64,000 nucleotides of DNA from Chrysomallon squamiferum (Eukaryota; Animalia; Mollusca): NCBI GenBank assembly GCA_012295275.1, contig CM022673.1:29884001-29948000 (forward strand), given 5' to 3'. Below the pieces are notes generated by a model. The model was not told the origin of the DNA, made no database searches, and was given only the letters and a program-made list of their open reading frames with translations. Positions 55,301-64,000 of the stretch are shown in pieces; positions within the stretch are counted from its first letter, which is position 1, and the number at the start of each line of letters is the position of its first letter. Both the position numbers and the translations under genes were made by a program.

Positions 55301-57132
55301 AAAATAATAAAAAAATACAAATAAAAGCAACTGAGTGCGTATTTATTGGCCTGTGTGGCAAAACATTCTGAAGAGAGTTTTGACATTGGTTTGGACTGAG
55401 ATTGGGACTATGATGTTGTCAGTGACGACTATGTTGACAACAACCATGCCAGTGGTACCTACCACAGCACTTAGATTAAATATCTTTGGTTAATCAACTT
55501 CCATGAGTTTGCATAAGGTATGTTAATTTATTGTAACATGTTTGTATAGATGACAACATCATATAAAAAGAATAATGTTGCACATCTTAATCTATTTTTG
55601 ACCACAGACATTATCATTTCACAAGAGTTTAATTGAGAACAAAAGGCTGTAGCCTGTTTTTATTTTATCTTTTGATTAAGAATTAACTGAAAATATTTGC
55701 ATCTTTAAAAACTATTGGAAATCTATGTAAATGTTTCTCTTATGGTCAGCTCTGTGTTGGATTTGGAAAGAATTTATCCCCCCTCCCTCCCAATGATAAA
55801 AAGCAAGAATTGCGGTGATCTCAGATTGATTGTGATAGTTCTGTTTTATAGTTTTATTTTTTAATTGAATTTTATTATTCTAAACCTTAATTATATGGGT
55901 TGAAGCTTTAAAGTCTAGGCAGAGCATTAATTTTAAACTTGTTACTAATAAAATGAATTAATAGAAAACATAATTTTTCTTACTTAAGATGAATAACACA
56001 ATGACTATAAAAATATCTCATTTTGCTAAATATTATTTCCACACATGAATTATTTGAAATTGTGAAAGAAAACGTGAAATTTTATTACATATTTTGTGTA
56101 GCTTTCTTTGCTTGATGGGAACAATTCAGTCATTGACTGTGGGCGAGGCGAACATAAATATTTGATGGCAACATTTTCTAGCATTTCCTTAAACCACTGC
56201 ACATCTGAAAAATATTTGAAATACAATAATAAAAAAAATGACTAAATAAAGCCAAACATACATCAACCAGACCTATCCATATGCACATGCATGTTTGAAA
56301 AAAGACATACACAGACTGACACATGCACACACAATACATACATATAACACACCCACACACACACACATATATATACAAACACACACAAAGAGACACACAC
56401 ACACACACACACACACAGGTTTAAATGATAAATGCTTATATATATTTACCAGGATTTATAAGAAACACCTTCACAAAATGACATATCACATACATAAGGC
56501 AAAGGCAGACTAATCACACACACAAATATAATTCAGTTCATTTATCAAACTTAAACAGCCTATGCATAACTATACCATTACCATTTTAAAATCATCTGAA
56601 TACAATAATCTACACATATAATACAAAAAAAATCATCAACAAGCCTCACAAATATGTAGACACTCACAACACCCACTCACTCACCCATTAACACACTGAC
56701 AACACATCCACCCACCACAACACCTTTATGCACTAACGCAAAACACAGAACATACATAAGAAGTAATAAACCAGCTCATCCAAAGCCACTAACCCACATT
56801 TTCCTACTCTTCCCTTTGAAATCAATAATTCCTTATTTCTCTATACACTGGCTGATACCTGTCATACAAAAATACTGGAAAGAAACAAACCTTCTGATGA
56901 AATAAGCCTGTCTGAAAACACTCTGTAACACTCGTGACACCACAACTGTCCGATCACCTTCATCATTGGCGCTGACTTTGTCTTCTTTTCCGATTTCTCT
57001 GCTGTGTCTGATTGGTCCCCTGCATCTGTTTTTTCATCAGGACTGTCATTACCTTCTAATGTACTGCTGACTACACTAATTGCAGAAACAGACTCCTCAT
57101 GTTTATCTTTTTCTGTAAATGTAATAAATAAA

Positions 57133-57163
<31 letters not shown>

Positions 57164-58712
57164 TTGAATTAATCAAATAACTATATAAGAAGAAAAGTGA
57201 AAAAAAGAAAGAAAAGAAAAAATAAACAAGAAAAGAAACTGTAATATAAAACTAGAAGCAGTCGAAAGAATGCAAAAAACTTGTATATTTTTTAAAATTT
57301 TTATAAATAACAATTTGTTTGACCAAATGTAAGTCTACTTACACAAACATATAAACACACCCTTAGCACACAGACATATAAAGACAACAGCACACAAAGC
57401 TGACATTACTTTGATTGTCCAGTTTTGTCTTCCTTTTCTTCAGTTTCTTCTTCACCCGAGTCCGTGGTGACATCAGCAGGATGCCCTGAACGACGCGGGC
57501 GATGTCGTGAAGTGAGAAGATGTAGTGTGCGTGGGATGGTGTGGGCTTCAGTTTCTCCATCACTGCTTGGTACACATCCAGCAGACCTAGCACCATTGCC
57601 TGAAATGTGGTTGATGTTATGACTCACTGATTGTCTGATCAGTTGATATTCCATGGATAGACTTATTGTGTAGCTTACTAATTTACTGACTTACAGATTG
57701 ATTAATTGATTGGTTGGTAGATACACATACAGATAGACTGAATGACTTATTACTTATTCACTAATTGACTTAGAGACTGTCTTATAGATTGACTGATTGG
57801 TTGATAAATATTTATGTAGATTGATTGTTTCTTTATCTGTCAAGGAGACTTATAAAATGGCTTTTTCAAATCTATTTCTGCTGCTTGTCTTCATTTACTC
57901 TTCAGCAACAAGTGATTTTTTTATTATGTGATCATCACAATATTTATATAATACTTGTTTCAACTTAATATGATGTGGCAAAATTCTTGTCAGCAATGTC
58001 CAAATTGTTTTTTTTTCTCATGTTTAAAAGCAGAGATTGTAAAAATTTAAATTATAACAGAAAAATACCTGGGCAAATTCATGATGATGTGCCACACAAA
58101 ATGTAGGAAATTCCTCAAGCCACGACAGTAAGGGTCGCGAGAAGAGTGTCAACAAAATGTCAGATCCAGGTGTGAACACGTTCAGGTGGACAAACTGTCG
58201 AGTGAGACGCGATGACATCACATGACAGGACTTCCCAAGTCCAAATCCTGAAATATCAGTTCTCAGAAATTGGTTTTTAAAATAAAAATAATAACACCAA
58301 TAATAATAATAATAATAAAAATAATAATAATAATAATTATAATGTAAAAAATGCAGAGATACTAAAATTGAGATGATGTGGTTGAAAGCTGTATTTTATA
58401 CAACCGGTCTCAATAACAGTGCTCAACATTGATTTTTGCCTTTGTTTTTATTATATATTTATATATATATAATGAAGAGAATGAATAAGAGTATAAAATA
58501 AAGAAAAATGTCAGTTTACCTGAAGAACTGGGCAGTGTACAGGCAGCTACAAACATAGCTTCCTTCATATGTTGAACACTTTGTCTCTGTCTGTCATGAC
58601 ATTGCTTTTCTGATAAAATCTGTCTCAACACTTCAAGTGGTGGCTGATAACCTGAAACAATAATATTATAACTATATATATATCTTCAAGTCATCTAATA
58701 TATATATATATA

Positions 58713-58790
<78 letters not shown>

Positions 58791-59624
58791 TATAAAGGTG
58801 TTACATTGTATTTTGTTTTTGTTCAGGAAAACAAAATATTTGTTAAGAGTTTGTAAATGTTACTTCAAACATCTAATTTGAATTTATCACTATCAAATCA
58901 TTAACTGGAAAGCGTTTCTATCTAAATGTTATTTACACAGAAATGTGTGAACATCATCATATATAACAGAATCACTGGAAAATAATAGTATAAAATAATT
59001 TTATACATGTGAAAAATACCTGTAATTTCAGGCCACTACAAAGTGCAGTATTATGTACAGAGTTATTTGGGATGAGAAAGACAGTAATAACAATACCTCT
59101 GTGTATCATTTGTTTGTACAAGCCTAGTTTTTTATTCTGATTTTCAACATTTGAAACATAGATTATTAAAACACATTTACTGTGAACTTTTTGGGCCATG
59201 TTGAGGTCATCGATGAAGAAAAGGTGGCTCTGAACAGCTGAGCTAGTTACTGTGGCTCCACCTGGTGGCACTGCTGTAAAAGATTTGTTTCTGAGCTCAA
59301 CAATGTGACTTATCAGTGTATCCTGAAAAATGGCTGATGTCATTCCTCTAGACATGTGTATAATGGTTGACTGATGTCGTGGTAACACCATGTTCTATAA
59401 TAATAATAAGAAGAATAAGAACAGCAACACCAACAACAGCAACAGTAATGATAATGAAATGTTAAAGATAATAAAAATATTATCAATAAAGAAATTTAAA
59501 AAATAAAAATAAAATAAAATAAAATAAATTAAAGAAAATAAAGAAAATAAAGAAAGATATAAAAACAAAAACCCTTTAAATAAATAATAACATTTATAAT
59601 CACTTAAATGATAATAACAATAAC

Positions 59625-59664
<40 letters not shown>

Positions 59665-62600
59665 TACCACACCCTATAATCATTGTTTATGACTTAACCT
59701 GATTTTTTATGTAAAATTGACATAATGCTTTAAAAATGAAATATAAAATTTATAATATTATGCTGTTTAGCTTAAACTTGGTAGCAAGAAGGCTGAAGTT
59801 TGAAATGACATACACGAGTTTACAATTTTTCAGTATATTCTAGTATATTGTACATTGTATATTATTTTTCACTGAACTGAAATTTTCTGTATAAAAGTGG
59901 CACAAAGCAAATTGGACATAATGCGGGTTATTACTGCATACATTTCACATTCTTACTTGTTTTCAAACCATGTTTTAGTGTCCTTACCTGCACAGTTGAT
60001 GTTTTTCCTATTCCAGGTGCACCAGATAACAACACTGAATGTTTATTAGTAATAAGCTGATCTACCAGAAAAGTATATCGCTCCACCTACCAAAAATAAA
60101 ACATTGAAAAAATTATTTAAATAGCATGATAGATTATTTGAAATATTTGAAATAAAGGAATAAACGGATGGAGCAAGACTGAAATAGACAGACAGAGAGA
60201 GGGACAGAGAAGCATACAGACAGACAGAGAAACATACAGTCAGACAGAGAGAGGGAGGACAGATCGGTGTGGGAGAAGCTGTATTTAGATCCCAAAGATA
60301 ACGTGCTACAGCTGTATTTACATCTGGAGTGATGATGTAGCCGTGGATGGTCTTCATCTGTTTTTCACCCCATCTGACAAATGAACCTGACGACTCGTCA
60401 ATGTGGTAGTCAAACACCTGTCCCCAGGCTGGAAGTCGAATGGGATGTGTGGCACTGTACAGTGTGTCATGAGCAAACCTAGAAAACTTTTCTCTGTATC
60501 TAAATAAAAATACATTATTATTACTGTTATTATTTATATATTACAGTCATTATTAATGTCATTTTTATTATCATCATAATAAAGCTATTGTAGCTATTAC
60601 CATTATTTTATTAACTGATAAATAAATACCTGTGAAATACTGTACAGATAAAATAATTGAATACCTGTTATGTAAGTATCCATAAAATCAAGTAAATACA
60701 TTTGAAAGTCCTATTTACCTAGGACAATATCTTCAGAAGTTACACATACAAAATAAATAATATATATAAAATTTAAAATGTGATTAATCCTAATGATTTA
60801 CATAATATTAAATAATACCTATCATGCAAGTATCCTCCAAAAGCCCAGATGTAGGAAAAGGCAAAGAAGCTCTTGATGAGAGTGAGGTAGTTTGGAATCA
60901 CTGTGTCGATGTTTGTGCTCGTAGTAAGACGGCTTGCAAACTGTCGAGATGGAGCACCAGACGAATTCTTAGAATCCTCTAGAAAATATTAACAATGATA
61001 AGTAATAACTATTAATCACTGCTACTTGAACTACCACAACTATTATGGCAAGTAGCTGATAATTCAACATACTGGATAAAGGGGTTACAATATTATCACG
61101 TATATTAAAATTAAAGAAATAAAATATTTTAAAAAGACATTCACCATTGTCATCTAATATGTCCATCTTCAGTGTCTTTTCAATCTCAGATCTTAGAAGA
61201 TATTTATCCAGGAATGTTGTGAAAAACTTCAAGAATGATGTCACTTCCTGTACACCAGACATGGCCTCATTGGTTTGTGCTGTTGCTATGCCAATATCAG
61301 TGAGCAGTGCAGAACAGCACTCGGTTTTGAGAAACTTAATTGTAGGTGGGAAAACTTCTGTCACCAAACTGTCCAGAATATTGAGACTAAAAAACAAAGA
61401 TAAATTATTTACATACTAAATATTTCATATAGAAAATGTCATACAATCTTATTACATATAATATTTTTGAAGATATTGATACTGTAATTCTATCAAATAT
61501 AAATGTAAAAACCAGTGGGTTTTAAAAAAAATATATATATATATATATATTATTTACAAAATGTATATCAAGAATATTCTTCTTAAATATTAATTCTGTG
61601 AATATATTTTGTACAAAATATTGTACAAAGTTTGTTAAATATATTATTTTTTTAAATATTGGTATTGTGACTGTACCAAACAGTAAATGTAAAAACAAGA
61701 AATATGTATTTTGTTTTTTTATTTACAAACAACAGCACAACATTTTCAAAAATATTAATTTTGTAAATATGTCATAAAGAAAAAATGTACTCAAAAACAA
61801 ATATAAATTATTACTGTTGTATATATATAGTGAACTTTATTTTCAATAATTTTCAATTTGAGTATATGTTTTCAAATATTTGTTGTATTAATAATAGAAT
61901 ATATACAAAGAAGAAGTAAAAAAAAAAAAAGTAAAGTACGTGGTTATTCAACAAGGCAATACTATATATGTAAAACAAATCAGTAAACATTACGTGGTTA
62001 TTCAACAAGGCAATACTATACATGTACAGTGTAAAACAAATCAGTAAACAGATACTCACCTGACAGAAGTGAAAATCCACCTTGACTTTGCTGTTTGTTT
62101 CCACTGGTAGTAGAGTGAGGTCCAGTTCACTGTGCTTTCACCACAGTGGATCACCTGGCACTGAGCCACTGTGCTTGGCGAGGACTTCTCCAGTGAAATG
62201 GTCTCAAATATGAAAGCTGCTGTTTCTGTGAATGAAATTTTCTGTGTTAATGATTGAATAATAATGTAATTTGTTAATTTTTGTTTTGTTAATATTTTTG
62301 TATTTGTTTACCGGTTTCATGTGTTTAATTTGTTACTAATTTTTTTCAGATTTTATTTATAATACTATGAATGCACTGTATCCAAAAAATTCATTACAAT
62401 AACAATTCATTTTAACACTTTATGTATTTCCAAAGTGTGTAAGAAATACTAAAAACGCTTTTATGAGAGATTTAAAAAAATAAAAAATAAAAAATATAAA
62501 GAACTCTTGAAAACAAATCTTATAAACTAGATAAAAAATATAAATCAAACTGTAAATCTATATTATAGATATCTGGTTTAGTAAATATTTTATTACTGTT

Positions 62601-63480
62601 GTTTGGATTTGTAATTTAATAAAAGGCTGTAATGGATATTTTTATCAAAATACTTTTACCTTTAACAGTGACTCTCTCTCCATTAGCTATGGTCAGTTTT
62701 TTTTCATTGTCCAGCAGAGACTTAATCCCTTCTGTCCAAGAAGGGTCAAGGTCGCCATCCATGACAATCCAGTGGTACAGCAAAGTTGGCAGATCTGGGA
62801 GAGCTTTTTTCAGTTTGTCATTCATTCTGACATTCTCCATGTAAACCTTCACCGCCAGTGACATGAAGTAAGCATTTTGAACAACCTTGGTGAGAAGTCC
62901 ACCATGCCACAGTTCTCCATCCATACAGCCTAATAGCTAGAGAGATCGAGAAAAAGGAAATTAAAAAGCCACAAACATTTATGCACATTATATGGTTTTC
63001 AGATTCTCTCATAATGTACATGAAATAAAAATACAAATATCTGGAAACTAACTTATCCAGTATATAATTATTTTAGAAATGGCATCTGCAACTAGTACTA
63101 TATAAATTTTATCATTTATTTATACTAAATTAATATTAAATATAGATGGGGGAATAGGAGGGGAAACTTATCAAGTGATATTAGTGTCAATCTTTACTAG
63201 CTTTGATCTCACTGGTTGCATAAAGTGACTTTATCACAGGCTAGACCTTGGTGGACAAATATCTTATTCAAGTAAAGTAGAATTCTGTCCCTTCTCTAAC
63301 CTCTTTGGAATCCATTGCTGTAGGAAACAGTCTGACGATGTCAACTTTTGGATAATCAGCTTCATGCAGTTCATGTTCTTTCTTTCGAATGTCGAGATCT
63401 CTCTTAATGTCCTTGCATATTGTGTGCAGTTTGTTGAAAGCTCTAGGAACTGAATGCTCATGTTCTACATGTTTCAAAAT
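17445..63480 (-). CDS. DNHD1: Dynein heavy chain, divergent (DNHD1-like), spliced, 5'-partial; 47 exons, 9168 nt, AAA2 to C-terminus
   Basis: Dynein motifs in order: AAA2 WIVMDGDLD/LLDNEKKLTIANGER, AAA3 GAPGIGKT/FIDDLNM/QPPLEVLRQ, HYIFSLHDIARVVQG, LWCHECYRVFSDRL, AAA4 GGHALLLG, stalk/MTBD EVRSYREPP, AAA5 WPLLIDP/HPNFCLYLST, AAA6 GHWLLLKNYHL/FRLWITT, C-terminal VPDAW and FDCPLY. The DNHD1 label is inferred from degenerate motifs and large insertions. Confidence 0.88.
21760..21950 (+). mobile_element. Degenerate SINE-like interspersed repeat relic
   Basis: GC-richer island (ggctacttcctgctccagtcagtgccccctgactggtgtat...catataaaa...gtggcagcagcaggtttc) that resembles, from memory, an abundant gastropod repeat; not database-checked. 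Confidence 0.4.
25828..25978. repeat. ~29-bp minisatellite, ~5 copies
   Basis: Recurring acttatatttaaatacacatacaaacac. Confidence 0.85.
28890..28954. repeat. (CT)n microsatellite
   Basis: Directly visible. Confidence 0.97.
30701..30766. repeat. Compound (ATA)n(TGA)n microsatellite
   Basis: Directly visible. Confidence 0.95.
31464..32013 (-). CDS. DNHD1: dynein exon 46, C-terminal domain (..RVPDAW...YARK..LEFQ)
   Basis: ctttag|A..CAG|gtattg, phase 2-0. Confidence 0.92.
32398..32567 (-). CDS. DNHD1: dynein exon 45 (..RVFSLPQQAEI..)
   Basis: tttcag|AGT..AG|gtaaat, phase 0-2. Confidence 0.88.
32743..33036 (-). CDS. DNHD1: dynein exon 44 (..LFHSLLL...YTWTLTDL..)
   Basis: ttccag|TCA..GAT|gtgagt, phase 0-0. 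Confidence 0.9.
33545..33669 (-). CDS. DNHD1: dynein exon 43 (ILIQHGLRVTCE...)
   Basis: ttccag|GC..GAG|gtcagt, phase 1-0. Confidence 0.9.
33863..33915. repeat. 53-bp inverted repeat, arm 1 (spans the exon 42 donor)
   Basis: Reverse complement of 41344-41396, 52/53 identical. Confidence 0.92.
33908..34088 (-). CDS. DNHD1: dynein exon 42 (..HDMFRLWITT..IP)
   Basis: ttccag|GAT..CCAG|gtatag, phase 0-1. Confidence 0.9.
34459..34673 (-). CDS. DNHD1: dynein exon 41, AAA6 (GHWLLLKNYHLA)
   Basis: tatcaag|GA..AAG|gtaagg, phase 1-0. Confidence 0.88.
35186..35351 (-). CDS. DNHD1: dynein exon 40 (MAELSKA...TPTTFILP..)
   Basis: tttcag|ATG..G|gttagc, phase 0-1. Confidence 0.88.
35622..35720 (-). CDS. 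DNHD1: dynein exon 39 (..LSLFQKCLLWKFCCPHR)
   Basis: ttttag|GCT..AGG|gtgagt, phase 0-0. Confidence 0.9.
36163..36264 (-). CDS. DNHD1: dynein exon 38 (AWIDC...QWNEYFE)
   Basis: tgccag|GCA..GAG|gtaaaa, phase 0-0. Confidence 0.88.
36546..36790 (-). CDS. DNHD1: dynein exon 37 (..FKYVSMMMFEQH...KPAWMADK)
   Basis: cttcag|GA..AAA|gtgagt, phase 1-0. Confidence 0.9.
37224..37536 (-). CDS. DNHD1: dynein exon 36, buttress region (..PLLEDQTMLESL..)
   Basis: atttag|GAA..G|gtgagg, phase 0-1. Confidence 0.9.
37925..38109 (-). CDS. DNHD1: dynein exon 35 (GDGLHSFP...LAREH)
   Basis: aatcag|GA..CAT|gtttgt, phase 1-0. Confidence 0.88.
38631..39846. repeat. 64-bp tandem array, 19 copies, derived from the dynein exon 34 3' end plus donor
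   Basis: Unit caaactaacctttgagaaagagaggcactgtggtactRaggtacagacagaagttRRggtgatW recurs every 64 bp from 38631 to 39786 (one 67-bp unit at 39207). Confidence 0.98.
39795..39980 (-). CDS. DNHD1: dynein exon 34, AAA5 (GVTVLVTHLERKPLDP...YHPNFCLYLSTTVPLFLK)
   Basis: aactag|GT..AAAG|gttagt, phase 1-1; its 3' end seeds the 64-bp array. Confidence 0.9.
40454..40641 (-). CDS. DNHD1: dynein exon 33 (..WIIEADDPSLKSRLINAVVH)
   Basis: tgttag|C..G|gtaaaa, phase 2-1. Confidence 0.87.
41344..41396. repeat. 53-bp inverted repeat, arm 2 (intronic)
   Basis: tattccaggtatagctacttacctgcagatagtaatcagtttattaaatttac; reverse complement of 33863-33915 with 1 mismatch. Confidence 0.92.
41522..41696 (-). CDS. DNHD1: dynein exon 32, insert within AAA5
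   Basis: atctag|GA..AG|gttaat, phase 1-2. Confidence 0.8.
41860..42040 (+). mobile_element. Degenerate SINE-like relic related to 36940-37035
   Basis: gtgcatgtaaaagattcct (41970) vs gtgcatgtaaaagactcct (36990), 18/19 identical; tggctcag A-box-like start. Confidence 0.4.
42255..43044 (-). CDS. DNHD1: dynein exon 31 (PGDAIITAACVCYHGP...WPLLIDPDNQA)
   Basis: tgttag|TCG..G|gtaggt, 790 nt, phase 0-1. Confidence 0.93.
43393..43545. repeat. 29-bp minisatellite, ~5 copies
   Basis: Recurring atactattatgcactcacatacacacac. Confidence 0.9.
43591..43713 (-). CDS. DNHD1: dynein exon 30, stalk CC2
   Basis: ttttag|GCC..CAC|gtatgt, phase 0-0. Confidence 0.88.
44332..44602 (-). CDS. DNHD1: dynein exon 29, MTBD/CC2 (WEEGKKLL...VSKAAAAFCKWV)
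   Basis: tttcag|C..AGG|gtgaat, phase 2-0. Confidence 0.93.
44949..45094 (-). CDS. DNHD1: dynein exon 28, microtubule-binding domain (DFDEVRSYREPPELV)
   Basis: ttgcag|GTG..AC|gtaagt, phase 0-2. Confidence 0.93.
45640..45735 (-). CDS. DNHD1: dynein exon 27, stalk CC1
   Basis: tttcag|GCT..CAG|gtatct, phase 0-0. Confidence 0.88.
46479..46649 (-). CDS. DNHD1: dynein exon 26, stalk CC1
   Basis: tttaaag|GAA..AAG|gtagag, phase 0-0. Confidence 0.88.
47147..47356 (-). CDS. DNHD1: dynein exon 25 (..MAYIH...FYTPLTFMEFV..)
   Basis: aaacag|ATA..AAG|gtagga, phase 0-0. Confidence 0.88.
47903..48060 (-). CDS. DNHD1: dynein exon 24 (..FPNLV..DVYMPWS..)
   Basis: tttcag|GA..AGG|gtttgt, phase 1-0. Confidence 0.88.
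48341..48508 (-). CDS. DNHD1: dynein exon 23 (PGLYS...FIKRIKQNLHIVVC)
   Basis: atgcag|GC..G|gtacat, phase 1-1. Confidence 0.92.
48821..49088 (-). CDS. DNHD1: dynein exon 22, AAA4 (PGGHALLLGLSYSTGRASLARL...)
   Basis: ctctag|GCA..G|gtaaat, phase 0-1. Confidence 0.92.
49842..49984 (-). CDS. DNHD1: dynein exon 21 (..LELVFFKEAVFHASRLSRVL)
   Basis: tttcag|GA..CTG|gtaaag, phase 1-0. Confidence 0.92.
50276..50369 (-). CDS. DNHD1: dynein exon 20 (ITNPELSSSDFLFSKFF...)
   Basis: cttcag|ATA..G|gtttgt, phase 0-1. Confidence 0.82.
50797..50915 (-). CDS. DNHD1: dynein exon 19 (GLGAVPAKRQTSKRGVTFKAG...)
   Basis: ttacag|GA..GAT|gtaaaa, phase 1-0. Confidence 0.8.
51020..51170 (-). mobile_element. Degenerate SINE-like relic, probably the same family in opposite orientation
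   Basis: atatggtaaggacca...aatcttttataagtg...ttccca; tcttttat is the reverse complement of the ataaaaga core. Confidence 0.35.
51675..51731 (-). CDS. DNHD1: dynein 57-nt exon (GNAQAENSDGTAAHDQGSS)
   Basis: tattag|GA..G|gtatat, phase 1-1. Confidence 0.65.
52197..52214 (-). CDS. DNHD1: dynein 18-nt micro-exon (VRPDEK)
   Basis: ttttcag|TGAGACCTGATGAAAAAG|gtaagt, phase 1-1. Confidence 0.65.
52875..52904 (-). CDS. DNHD1: dynein 30-nt micro-exon (DLPEIPNIST)
   Basis: tttgtccag|ATTTG..ACAG|gtataa, phase 1-1. Confidence 0.6.
53717..53848 (-). CDS. DNHD1: dynein exon 15, acidic insert, 132 nt
   Basis: tttcag|AT..G|gttctt, phase 1-1, D/T/E-rich. Confidence 0.75.
53860..54075. repeat. 56-57-bp tandem repeat, ~3.8 copies, next to the exon 15 acceptor
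   Basis: cacattaaaacttttactttttaataaaaaatacagtctcagtatatgaaaataaa at 53860, 53916, 53973, 54029. Confidence 0.9.
54834..55092 (-). CDS. DNHD1: dynein exon 14, S/T/P/D-rich insert
   Basis: tgtcag|AGT..A|gtgagt, phase 0-1, open frame. Confidence 0.8.
55140..55268. repeat. ~59-bp tandem duplication
   Basis: atagtaaaagctgaaatt..aaacctaaaactaaaataaaa occurs twice. Confidence 0.8.
56089..56204 (-). CDS. DNHD1: dynein exon 13 (DVQWFKEMLEN...)
   Basis: tttcag|AT..TAT|gtaata, phase 1-0. Confidence 0.82.
56891..57112 (-). CDS. DNHD1: dynein exon 12 (..LWCHECYRVFSDRL)
   Basis: ttacag|AA..G|gtttgt, phase 1-1. Confidence 0.92.
57410..57599 (-). CDS. DNHD1: dynein exon 11 (PTPSHAHYIFSLHDIARVVQG..KKKLKKRK)
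   Basis: tttcag|GCA..A|gtaatg, phase 0-1. Confidence 0.9.
58069..58247 (-). CDS. DNHD1: dynein exon 10 (..SSRLTRQF...)
   Basis: tttcag|GA..CAG|gtattt, phase 1-0. Confidence 0.9.
58520..58651 (-). CDS. DNHD1: dynein exon 9 (YQPPLEVLRQ...)
   Basis: tttcag|GT..G|gtaaac, phase 1-1. Confidence 0.9.
58698..58786. repeat. (AT)n microsatellite
   Basis: Directly visible. Confidence 0.95.
59181..59394 (-). CDS. DNHD1: dynein exon 8, AAA3 Walker B (FFIDDLNM)
   Basis: ttatag|AAC..A|gtaaat, phase 0-1. Confidence 0.9.
59988..60086 (-). CDS. DNHD1: dynein exon 7, AAA3 P-loop (VLLSGAPGIGKTS)
   Basis: ttggtag|GTG..CAG|gtaagg, phase 0-0. Confidence 0.93.
60322..60499 (-). CDS. DNHD1: dynein exon 6 (YREKFSRF...VFDYHID...ITPD)
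   Basis: atttag|A..GAT|gtaaat, phase 2-0. Confidence 0.9.
60819..60978 (-). CDS. DNHD1: dynein exon 5 (..FAFSYIWAFGGYLHD)
   Basis: ttctag|AG..AG|gtatta, phase 1-2; conserved F..IW.FGG motif. Confidence 0.9.
61145..61386 (-). CDS. DNHD1: dynein exon 4 (LNILDSLVTEVF...ILDDN)
   Basis: tttttag|T..G|gtgaat, phase 2-1. Confidence 0.88.
61937..62050. repeat. ~55-60-bp tandem duplication just inside the exon 3 donor
   Basis: tacgtggttattcaacaaggcaatactata...tgtaaaacaaatcagtaaaca occurs twice. Confidence 0.85.
62060..62225 (-). CDS. DNHD1: dynein exon 3 (TAAFIFETISLEKSSPSTVAQCQVIHC...)
   Basis: tcacag|AA..AG|gtgagt, phase 1-2. Confidence 0.9.
62660..62936 (-). CDS. DNHD1: dynein exon 2, AAA2 Walker B (LLGCMDGELWHGG...WIVMDGDLD...GERVTVK)
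   Basis: ctctag|CTA..AAAG|gtaaaa, phase 0-1. Confidence 0.92.
63301..63480 (-). CDS. DNHD1: dynein exon 1 in window (ILKHVEH...RLFPTAMDSKE)
   Basis: ctttcag|ATT..GAG|gttaga, phase 0-0. Confidence 0.85.
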
Positions 63481-63783
63481 CTGAAAGAGAAAACTATTGT
63501 CTTTAGTTGTTTTTACAAAATGATATTCAGTTTGGAATTTTCTGTTTAAACATGTGTTTTGTTTAGAATTTTTTACAAATAGAAACAAAGAACAGGGTTT
63601 TCCGTTTTAAAATGTTTTTGTCTGAAAGTATCAATCCATTCATTTTTTTTTCTCTTTTCTGAAAATATTATCATGATACTTGTTAATCCAGATCTGTTCA
63701 GTAAATTTGTACACTGGCTGTTGCATTCCATTAATAAAATAAATATACTATATACCATTTGTTTATTTTACATTTTCCAAATA

Positions 63784-63910
63784 CAGTGGTGCCTTGACTT
63801 ATGAGTTTAATTCATTCTGTGACTGTAACTAAATTTGCTTGTATATCAAATCAATTTTCCAACTGAAATTAACTGAAATACCATTAATTGGTTCAAGCCT
63901 CACAAAAACC
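63784..63910 (+). mobile_element. Probable left end of a Tc1/mariner (pogo/Tigger-like) DNA transposon or MITE
   Basis: TA + CAGTGGTGCCTTGACTTATGAG resembles pogo/Tigger-type TIR starts with a TA target site. The partner TIR is not in the window. Confidence 0.5.
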
Positions 63911-64000
63911 ACCACAATTTTTTTTTTTTCTTTCTAATGTGTTTCTAAATAAGAAAAATGTATTTATAAAGGACAAATATTGTAAAAAAAAAAAGAAAAG

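Overview
AT-rich, intron-rich animal genomic DNA, probably a mollusc/gastropod (inferred from repeat style, unverified). It holds two convergent germline-type genes, both truncated at their 5' ends by the window edges. (+) boule/BOLL (DAZ-family RRM protein): 9 coding exons at 2962-12004, then a probable ~4.5 kb 3'UTR. (-) A divergent dynein heavy chain, most like DNHD1: I reconstructed 47 GT-AG exons by hand (63480 down to 17445, 9168 nt, phases consistent), covering AAA2 through the C-terminus. The most unusual signals concern splicing architecture: (i) a 19-copy 64-bp array amplified from the 3' end of a dynein exon plus its donor, where each unit looks like a GT..AG mini-intron ending in an AG|GT recursive-type site; (ii) a 53-bp inverted copy of another exon/donor junction 7.4 kb away in the same pre-mRNA; (iii) a run of symmetric micro-exons; (iv) a 13.65 kb last intron with exon-like islands; (v) an ATAAGT pseudo-donor in boule; (vi) apparently interlocking poly(A) signals of the two genes. 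No prokaryotic systems, CRISPR, tRNA or rRNA seen.
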